A stretch of 63,153 nucleotides of DNA, counting the filler, from Deltaproteobacteria bacterium (GTDB lineage Bacteria > JAEEML01): assembly GCA_016283195.1 (NCBI GenBank). It is 3 parts of 3 records of this genome, joined end to end, with 100 filler letters (N's around TTAATTAATTAA, not from the genome) between each part and the next. Parts side by side here need not be neighbours in the genome. Positions count along the whole stretch, not along the records: positions 31,751 to 58,131 come from JAEEML010000051.1; positions 58,232 to 63,153 come from JAEEML010000059.1; 1 more part is not named here. One strand, 5' to 3'. Shown piece by piece: positions 55,999 to 63,153 of this stretch. The translations under genes and the position numbers were made by a program. The notes below the pieces were generated by a model, which was not told the origin of the DNA, searched no databases, and was given only the letters and a program-made list of their open reading frames with translations. Within the stretch, counting starts at the first letter, position 1, and every line of letters starts with the position of its first letter.

Positions 55999-57270
55999 AT
56001 GTCTAAAATACTTTTAAAATCAGCACTTATTGAAGCCACTCGTGGCAAAAGCGTGCGCCGCGATATCCTTATTGCCGGGGGGCGCTTCCAAAAAATCGCT
56101 GCAACTATTTCTGCTGAAGAAGCCGGTGATTGCGAAGTGGTGGACTCTTCAAATTTTGCAGTACTTCCGGCATTTTATAATGGGCACACCCATGCGGCGA
56201 TGACCCTTTTACGCGGCTATGCCGACGACATGGAGCTCTCACGCTGGCTAAATGAATATATCTGGCCGATGGAAGCTAAGCTTAGGCCCGCAGATATCAG
56301 AATAGCCAGCCGCCTGGCCGTTTTGGAGATGATAAAGTCGGGGACGGTCTTCTTTGCCGATATGTATTGGCACCACGATGAGACGCTGAAAGTTGTGGAA
56401 GAGATGGGCGTTAGGGCAACGATTGGCCTCTCCATGGCCGACCTATTGCAACCACCGGAAGAAATTGAAAAATCTTTTGCCTTTTTGGTCGCCCACACGG
56501 GAGAATCGGAACGCGTGAAACTGGCGGTGATGCCGCATGCTGTTTACACGGTTAGCGAGGCGCTCTTAAAACGCTGTTTTGCCGTTGCCAAGGCGGAAAA
56601 TTATCTGGTGCACACCCATTTATCGGAAACGCGCCAGGAGGTGGAAAATTGCCAAAAACAGTATGGCTGCACCCCGCCGCAGCTTCTGGCTCGCCTGGGC
56701 GGGCTAAATGACAAGCTCATTGCCGCCCACTGCGTCCATTTTACGCCGGAAGATCGCCGGATTTTTGCCGCCGCCGGAGCCACGGCCATTACCAATCCCT
56801 GCTCTAATTTGAAACTGGCCAGCGGTATGCCCCAAATTAACGAACTATTGGCCGCCGGTATCAGAGTGGGCATTGGAACCGACGGCGCCTCCTCCAATAA
56901 CAGCCTCGATATGCACGATGATATGAAACTGGCGGCCCTTATTGCTAAAGTCAGCGGCTCGGCGGAAACGTTGCCGGCTAGAGAGGCGCTGGAAATGGCT
57001 ACAGTGCGGGTGGCTGAGGCTTACGGGCTTAATGCCGGGGTTATTGCCGAAGGAAAACTGGCCGATTGCCTGCTAATTGATCTCTCCGCCGAGAGCATGG
57101 TGCCCTGTTATGACCTGGTGAGCAACTGGGTTTATGCCGCTGATTCCAGGTGTATAGATTCGGTTATATGTAATGGAAAATTTATTATGCGCGGCCGCCA
57201 TGTGGATGGCGAAGAGGATATTCGGTGCGAGGCGGCGGCTTGTGCGGCGCGGCTGGTGCAAACTCCTTAA
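55999..57270 (+). CDS. Amidohydrolase, MtaD-like (MTA/SAH deaminase family)
   Basis: NGHTHAAM, PHAVYT, HTHLSET, AHCVH, GTDGASSNN. Confidence 0.88.
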   Translation: MSKILLKSALIEATRGKSVRRDILIAGGRFQKIAATISAEEAGDCEVVDSSNFAVLPAFYNGHTHAAMTLLRGYADDMELSRWLNEYIWPMEAKLRPADIRIASRLAVLEMIKSGTVFFADMYWHHDETLKVVEEMGVRATIGLSMADLLQPPEEIEKSFAFLVAHTGESERVKLAVMPHAVYTVSEALLKRCFAVAKAENYLVHTHLSETRQEVENCQKQYGCTPPQLLARLGGLNDKLIAAHCVHFTPEDRRIFAAAGATAITNPCSNLKLASGMPQINELLAAGIRVGIGTDGASSNNSLDMHDDMKLAALIAKVSGSAETLPAREALEMATVRVAEAYGLNAGVIAEGKLADCLLIDLSAESMVPCYDLVSNWVYAADSRCIDSVICNGKFIMRGRHVDGEEDIRCEAAACAARLVQTP

Positions 57271-57464
57271 TATTTAAGAAAAAAAATTCATATTACAAAT
57301 GTTCTATTCTTTCTTGGCATTCCATTCCGCAGAAAAGTAGTTCTACTGTGGCCGGCGGAGAGATTATTTCTGCATTTATTTTATCGTCCTCCATTTGGCA
57401 ACCTGGCGAAATCTATGGGATTAAGTAGATTTAAAACGCTATTTTTGAACTTTTTCCCTGCCAA

Positions 57465-57497
57465 TTATCACGATTTGATAGCCAGGCGGTTTAAGAG
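57465..57497 (+). promoter_or_regulatory. Putative WYL box 10 + weak -10 (TTATC-ACGATTT-GATAG, N10, TAAGAG)
   Basis: Motif copy upstream of alpha/beta hydrolase. Confidence 0.6.
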
Positions 57498-57539
57498 GCA
57501 AGAGCAGAGGGGCGAAGGCAGCCCAGAGAGGAGAGGAAG

Positions 57540-58131
57540 ATGGAGACTTATGAGCAATCGCCGGAGAATACCATGGATTTTGACAAAATAGTTTCCTGCC
57601 AGGCAGGAGAAGCGCAGCTTGATTACGGCTTTGTTTTCGGCCCAAACCGCCAGAAAATATTTTTAATAAAAACAGGGCAAGGAGGCTCCATTTACGGCTA
57701 TGAAAACAAATATCTGAAATTAGCCATTAACTTACGAGATTTATATGGCTTTTCCACTCTTTGCGCCTCCACACAAACTGGCTCTACCAATCAAATTGAG
57801 CAATTGTTTCAGGTGCTTAAGCAAGAGTTTAAAATTGATAAAGAAACGACAATTTACTTTATGGGCATGTCGAAAGGCGCAGCACTTGGCTGCCTTGCGA
57901 GCGCTTTGTTTCCGCAAATCAGGCGTTTTTTGCTCATCAACCCGCCGCTAATGTTTAATAATATGGTGGAAATTTTTCAGGCTAGTAAGCAATTTAGCGG
58001 CGCAATGATGCACTTTGTTTTTGGCGCTCTTGATCCTTCGGTACATTCGGCGCACCTGTTGCAAAAGCTCTGTAAAAAGGAAAATGTGCGGGTGACAGTG
58101 GTGCCGGAGCAAGATCATAATTTTTCTAAAA
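57540..58131 (+). CDS. Alpha/beta hydrolase-fold protein (3' end cut by gap)
   Basis: GMSKG nucleophile elbow, FGALDP, DHNF. Confidence 0.75.
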
Positions 58132-58231
58132 NNNNNNNNNNNNNNNNNNNNNNNNNNNNNNNNNNNNNNNNNNNNTTAATTAATTAANNNNNNNNNNNNN
58201 NNNNNNNNNNNNNNNNNNNNNNNNNNNNNNN
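58132..58231. other. Artificial contig linker (N-TTAATTAATTAA-N)
   Basis: 100-nt N block containing a six-frame stop sequence. Confidence 0.97.
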
Positions 58232-59046
58232 AAGATACCAGTAAACTGCGCTTAAACGGTGAGCGTAAAGAACTTACGGTATTATTTAGCGATATTCGCG
58301 GCTTTACCACCATCAGCGAGGGGCTTTCCCCTGAGGGCCTGGCTAATCTTTTGAATGAATACTTAACTCCCATGACCGACCTCGTCTTTAAGTATGACGG
58401 CACGCTTGATAAATACATGGGCGATGCCATTATGGCCTTTTTCGGCGCGCCGGTTTCTTATGAAGACCATGCGGTGCGCGGCTGCAAGGTGGCTCTCGAA
58501 ATGATGGCCAAACTCCATGAATTGCAAAAGGGTTGGAAGGAGCGGGGTTTGCCCATTATTAATATTGGTATTGGCCTTAATACCGGCGATATGGCGGTGG
58601 GTAACATGGGTAGTAATATCCGTTTTGATTACACTGTCATGGGCGATAATGTGAACCTCGGTAGCCGCCTAGAAGGTATCAATAAGCAATATAAAACCAA
58701 TATTGTCATTAGCGAATTTACTTACCGGGCAGCAGGCAGCGCCATTTATGCCCGGGAGCTCGATGCTGTGCGGGTGAAGGGTAAACTTGAACCTGTTACC
58801 ATTTATGAGCTGCGCGGCCTGGGCACTCCGCCGGAGGAAGAAGCGCACTTTATAAGCACTTTCTCGGCGGGTATTGCCCTCTATAAAGCCCAAAAATGGG
58901 ATGAAGCTATTGCTCTCTTTAAAGGTCTTTTAGCGGAAAAAGAGGGTGATTATCCCTGCCAGCTCTATATAGACCGCTGCACGCACATGAAAGAGAATCC
59001 GCCGGCCGAGAACTGGGACGGCGTCTTTGTGATGACCACTAAATAA
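58232..59046 (+). CDS. Class III adenylate/guanylate cyclase, 5'-truncated, with TPR-like tail
   Basis: Frame open from contig start: LFSDIRGFT, DKYMGDAIMAF, GDNVNLGSRLEG, VKGK, WDGVF. Confidence 0.92.
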
Positions 59047-59064
59047 GCGAGGCCTTTTTAAGCC

Positions 59065-59574
59065 ATGAATGATGAGCTTTTTGCCAAAGATTTGGAACGC
59101 GTGGGCGCTTTGGCCCAGGGATTTTATAAATATCGCGAGCAGATAGCCAGGTTAGCGCCGATTGTGGCCGGCACTCGCCAGCGGGTGACTGTGGACCCCG
59201 AGGTGATGGCCGCCGCCTGGGTGGGTTTTAGCATGGCCCGTATTTGGCCGGAGACGCCGCGGGTGGAAGAGAGCGATATGCCGCTACCAGAGGCGGCGGA
59301 ACTTGCCGATTTAGAGCCGGAGCAGCAGCAATTTGTGGCTTTTGCTTATGGCGTTCTGGGCGGAATGGCGGCCGAGCGGCCAATCTCTGCCGGGCCACTC
59401 GCCTCTTTAGCCGAACTGGCCGTGGCTCTTGCGCCTTTGGTGGTGATTCCGGCGGCGGCCATAAGTGCCGACGGCCTTGTGGATAACGGCTATTTGCTGC
59501 AAGTGGGCGCCGCTTTAGACCTCTCTTTGGAGGAGATTCACCAGCTCCTCACCGCCCTGGGCATGGCCGGGTAG
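59065..59574 (+). CDS. Hypothetical protein
   Basis: 169-aa ORF with GAGG RBS directly after the cyclase. Confidence 0.65.
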   Translation: MNDELFAKDLERVGALAQGFYKYREQIARLAPIVAGTRQRVTVDPEVMAAAWVGFSMARIWPETPRVEESDMPLPEAAELADLEPEQQQFVAFAYGVLGGMAAERPISAGPLASLAELAVALAPLVVIPAAAISADGLVDNGYLLQVGAALDLSLEEIHQLLTALGMAG

Positions 59575-59639
59575 GGCAGGGGCCATACTCTGCGTTTTGT
59601 TTCCTTGCCCTCTCAATATGTGGTAATTATTGCATTTTT

Positions 59640-59906
59640 CCTCTCCGTTTGTAAAAATGGCCCTCACCCCGAAAATCAGCAGTAATTTTTGCCGCTTGCC
59701 CCTCTCCGTTTTTACAAACAGCGAGGGGCTCCAAAACGTGGCGGGGAGTATTTGAGGTGGGCAGGTTGAGTGAAGTGGCGGCATAGTGGGCAGCTGCCAC
59801 GGCGCCGGCGGGCTCAGTGGCTAAATGAGTTCTTGACTAACATCCCGCTAATTTGCTAGAAGCCTCGCATTACTTAAACCAATAGCCATTTTAGGCAGGA
59901 GGCATC
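59640..59906 (+). repeat. REP-like hairpins plus conserved rpn leader
   Basis: CCCTCACCCC, CCCTCTCCGTTTTTACAAACAGCGAGGGG, then homology to 24510-24684. Confidence 0.8.
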
Positions 59907-60770
59907 ATGACTTATTCGCAGCACCAATACAAGGATCGTCTTTTTACCTTTATCTTCGGCTCGCCGGAGAACAAAGCCTGGACGCTATCGCTCTTTAATG
60001 CCGTAAATGGCTCAAATTACGATAACCCCGACGATATCGAGATCAATACCATCAAAGAAATTCTCTATTTAACTATGCACAATGACGTCTCTTTTATCAT
60101 CGACGAGCAAATGAATCTTTACGAGCAGCAATCGAGCTACAACCCCAATATGCCGCTCAGACTTTTGCAATATAGTGCCACTTTGTTTGAGCAGTATCTG
60201 CAAAGCCATAAGCTAACCAGGTATAGTTCCAAGCTTTTAAAGCTGCCGACGCCCAAGCTGGTGGTCTTTTATAATGGGCGCAAAGAGGTAGAAGATGAGC
60301 GCCTATTGCGTCTTTCCGATAGCTTCGCCAAAAGCGGCGATATTGAGGTCACTGTGCGTATGCTCAATATCAATTATGGGCGTAATAGTGAGCTGCTCGC
60401 CGCCTGCGGGCCGCTCATGGAATATTCGTGGATTATTCACCGCATTATGAGCTATAATAAGGGGAATTTGGCGGAGGCAATAAGCGGCGCCATTAATGAT
60501 ATGCCCCAGGAGTTTGCCTTAAAGCCATTTCTCACCGTTCATAAAAGCGAGGTGCTGGATATGCTACTTACGGAATACAACGAAAGCGAAGAGCGCGAGC
60601 TCTTCCGCCAGGAAGTTTTGGAAGAAGGAAGAGCAGAAGGTAGAGAAGAAGGTAAGGAGGAAAGTCAACGAGAAACAGCTAAAAAGATGATGGGCGATGG
60701 CTTACCAGTGAATATGATAAGCAAATATACCGGCCTTTCTGCGAGCGATATTGCGGCACTCAGGTGCTAA
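59907..60770 (+). CDS. Rpn-family PD-(D/E)XK nuclease / putative transposase, copy 2
   Basis: Highly similar to 24685-25548 up to the EG repeats, divergent afterwards. Confidence 0.85.
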   Translation: MTYSQHQYKDRLFTFIFGSPENKAWTLSLFNAVNGSNYDNPDDIEINTIKEILYLTMHNDVSFIIDEQMNLYEQQSSYNPNMPLRLLQYSATLFEQYLQSHKLTRYSSKLLKLPTPKLVVFYNGRKEVEDERLLRLSDSFAKSGDIEVTVRMLNINYGRNSELLAACGPLMEYSWIIHRIMSYNKGNLAEAISGAINDMPQEFALKPFLTVHKSEVLDMLLTEYNESEERELFRQEVLEEGRAEGREEGKEESQRETAKKMMGDGLPVNMISKYTGLSASDIAALRC

Positions 60771-60976
60771 TATCCCTAACCACTTGGCTACATCTTCGCC
60801 TGCGGCGCCCCTCACCCCACAAGCAGCGAAAATTATTACATTTCGCCCTATTTGTTTTTACAAATAAAGAGTGCCTAGCTATTTTAATATACATATATTT
60901 CATTGGCTAAATGATAGCACTAATAGCTAATATTTTCATTTTAGCAGGATAATTATTTGAAATTATATGGTAATTT

Positions 60977-61027
60977 ACCCTCTCCGCTGTCTAGGGGAGA
61001 GGGTGGCGCGTGAGCGCCAGGTGAGGT
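60977..61027. repeat. REP-like palindrome (CCCTCTCC...GGAGAGGG ... GGTGAGG)
   Basis: Inverted repeat between convergent genes. Confidence 0.65.
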
Positions 61028-61038
61028 GCTGCTCAGCT

Positions 61039-61854
61039 TTAGTCCTTTATGCAGCGCACGGAAAAGTATAAATCATTGCTGCTGTAGGACACGCTAGCTT
61101 CGCCATTCTCCAAATGAAGGCGGTAGGCGGTATCGGAATCGATATCAACCTCCGTAGCCGACCAGAAGTAGGTAGCGCTACCGAAATCGCTGTAATCGCC
61201 GAAGGCGTAGAAGCCGGCGGGCAGGGCGCTAAAACCGGAACTATTGGTGACCTGCTCTTTGTAATTATGTGTCCACGCATTGTCTTTGGCGACTAAGGCC
61301 AAGAAAGCAGGGTTAGGCATTTCAGCATCATCATTGCTCCCTACATAATTCAGCAAATCGTCAAATTCGCTTTTGGTCGGCAAATGCCAGCCGCTGGGGC
61401 ACACTTTTTTGGCATCTGCAAAGGTATAGAGGCAGCCATAATTACTAACAAAATTAGGAACATCTTTATTGGTATTGCCATTACAGGTAACCGGTGAGCC
61501 GTCTGTCGCCTTGTTTGCCGCCATATTCTCGGCCATCCAGATTTGCTCGCCGATTTTGGTTACTTTATAACGCTTACCTTGCGTATCAGTCATGTAATCA
61601 TCGCTCTTGGCATCGGTATCACTTACGGCATCGCTCGGGCTGTCGTCACTTTGGGCATCACTTTGGGCGTCTTTGTCCTTGTCTTTGTCTTTGTCTTTGT
61701 CTTTGTCCTTATCCTCACCTGTTTTGCTATCACTAGGCTTTTGCTGTTCATTACCCGGTGTAGCCGGTTTTTCCTCTTCGTGATTCCCGCAGCCGATAGC
61801 CAAAAAGGTGGCCAGCCCGGCAAAAAGAAGGATGTTTTTACATTTTTTCATCAT
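61039..61854 (-). CDS. FISUMP-domain (Fibrobacter succinogenes major paralogous) lipoprotein with DK-repeat linker
   Basis: Lipobox AIGC; YKVTKIGEQIWMAEN, YGCLY, CPSGWHLPT, GFSALPAG, SVRCIKD. Confidence 0.92.
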   Translation of the reverse strand: MMKKCKNILLFAGLATFLAIGCGNHEEEKPATPGNEQQKPSDSKTGEDKDKDKDKDKDKDKDAQSDAQSDDSPSDAVSDTDAKSDDYMTDTQGKRYKVTKIGEQIWMAENMAANKATDGSPVTCNGNTNKDVPNFVSNYGCLYTFADAKKVCPSGWHLPTKSEFDDLLNYVGSNDDAEMPNPAFLALVAKDNAWTHNYKEQVTNSSGFSALPAGFYAFGDYSDFGSATYFWSATEVDIDSDTAYRLHLENGEASVSYSSNDLYFSVRCIKD

Positions 61855-62137
61855 ATTTCTCCTTGGCGCATAAGCGCATATTGTACAGCTATTGCTGCAA
61901 AATTATTAGAAAAATTGCAATTTATTGATTGAGAAATTTTGTGATACGTGTTATAATTAATTATCGTTACTGAACTGAACATGATGTATATACCCTTAAA
62001 AGGCAAACAAAAACGAACTAAAGAATAGCACGGCCACATATAGATAGCAAGATGAAAATCTATACCACTATTTAGCTGGATTTTACCAATAATCTAAAAT
62101 TATAATTTCCAAAATACCCATATATATTCAATAAGTT

Positions 62138-62182
62138 CCCCCTCTCCATTTGTAAAAATGGAGAGGGGGCTAGGGGGTGAGG
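62138..62182. repeat. REP-like palindrome CCCCCTCTCCATTTGTAAAAATGGAGAGGGGG ... GGGTGAGG
   Basis: Long-stem inverted repeat just 3' of a minus-strand gene; may also act as terminator. Confidence 0.75.
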
Positions 62183-62201
62183 TTGCCCATAAGAAAGCTA
62201 T

Positions 62202-62837
62202 TCAGGGCTCAAGCTGCTCACTGTTTATAGTTACCTGGTAGCTGGTGCTAAAGTGCAAAGTACACTTACGAACCATAGTGCTACGCCCCATATTTTTTAA
62301 ATAATAAGTTAATGTTACTGAGCCATCGCTCTCCTTTTTAAACTCCGGCGGCGCTATTTTGAGTGGCCTTTTTTCCGCCTTGGGGAGGCTAAGAAGCGGC
62401 TCCTCGGTATCTCTGGCTTGAAAATGAGAGAACATATGCGCCAGTGTCACGGCATCTAAACTAGTGGCTAATATATTGATATGTTTAGCAAAAGCCTCTA
62501 TGGCAGCAGCGGAATTTTTGGGCACCACGCCGCTTAAGGCATTTATGGCAAAATTTGGGTTTATCTCTCTTTCTATATTGACGCTTACAAAATAATAAGG
62601 TGCCACCGGGTGAGTGGTGAAGCTTATTTTTTCGTAATGCTCGCTATGGTGGCTTATTAGGTAATCATGGAGCATCTCGCAGGCGGCTGTTGCTTCATGG
62701 CGGTTTATATCGTTCCAGCTTATTTCTTTGAGCGCTTTTTGACAGCGTTTATCCATGTTGACTCTCTCGGCAGATGCAATGCAACCAGATAACAAGCATA
62801 TTATAACTGTGGCTTTAAGCAGAAATCTTTTTTTCAT
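62202..62837 (-). CDS. Hypothetical exported protein / lipoprotein
   Basis: GAGG RBS, MKKRFLLKATVIICLLSGC signal. Confidence 0.7.
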   Translation of the reverse strand: MKKRFLLKATVIICLLSGCIASAERVNMDKRCQKALKEISWNDINRHEATAACEMLHDYLISHHSEHYEKISFTTHPVAPYYFVSVNIEREINPNFAINALSGVVPKNSAAAIEAFAKHINILATSLDAVTLAHMFSHFQARDTEEPLLSLPKAEKRPLKIAPPEFKKESDGSVTLTYYLKNMGRSTMVRKCTLHFSTSYQVTINSEQLEP

Positions 62838-62950
62838 AGCTACCTCTAGGTGCCCATTAGCCAGCCTTGGCATTATAGGCAATTAGAATATATTGGCGGA
62901 AGTCTCGAAGATCTCTGCCCCAAAAGGCGGAGTGCGGCAGGAAGCCAGAA

Positions 62951-63151
62951 TCAGCCCAATCCGCTAAAGAAACTAAGCATCATATCATCGAGGCGCGGCT
63001 CTTCTTTTTCTTCGGAAGAGCCAAAGAGCAGGCTGTCATCGTTGCTGTTTAAGGCATTTTCCAAATCTTCGGAAGATATGGTAGTAGCCGCTTGCACCAA
63101 CAGGTCGTACAAATTGGCATCTACTTGGAAGGTGCCGTCATATTCCTGGAG
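62951..63151 (-). CDS. 3' end of a hypothetical acidic protein entering from beyond the window
   Basis: Open frame LQEYDGTFQVDANLYDLL...LSFFSGLG*. Confidence 0.55.
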   Translation of the reverse strand, partial: LQEYDGTFQVDANLYDLLVQAATTISSEDLENALNSNDDSLLFGSSEEKEEPRLDDMMLSFFSGLG

Positions 63152-63153
63152 CG

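Noticed and set aside
39641-57497. CTATC-N7-GATAG as recombination sites or transposon ends rather than operators
   Set aside because: Fixed 10-nt spacing to -10-like hexamers, orientation towards start codons and absence of a recombinase favour a promoter element; a secondary role in recombination is not excluded.
61669-61712. (GTCTTT)n hexamer repeat as a phase-variation tract
   Set aside because: In-frame Asp-Lys linker; unit changes would not shift the frame.

Overview
The window joins three contigs (1-31650, 31751-58131, 58232-63153) with artificial N-TTAATTAATTAA-N linkers. Gene content suggests a Myxococcota-like deltaproteobacterium, probably gut or rumen associated (inference): giant Cys-rich surface proteins, a DUF4215-like/GH16 lipoprotein, a lone sctV, BspA LRR proteins and a FISUMP lipoprotein. 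Housekeeping genes include trmFO, glgP, acyP, manA, nadE, murB, an MtaD-like deaminase and an amylase/LamB-like locus. The main unexplained structure is in 39.6-57.5 kb. Ten copies of a palindrome CTATC-N7-GATAG lie in intergenic DNA around a WYL-domain regulator gene. Nine are followed exactly 10 nt later by a TA-initiated -10-like hexamer; the tenth (51064) is degenerate. They precede the WYL gene itself, an AAA ATPase, mcrBC, two LRR genes, a metallophosphoesterase, a hypothetical gene and a hydrolase. This looks like a clustered DriD/PafBC-type WYL regulon with shuffled cargo, supported by chimeric gene remnants next to one box. Two Rpn-family genes have internal SD+ATG starts, divergent C-termini and shared REP-like flanks.
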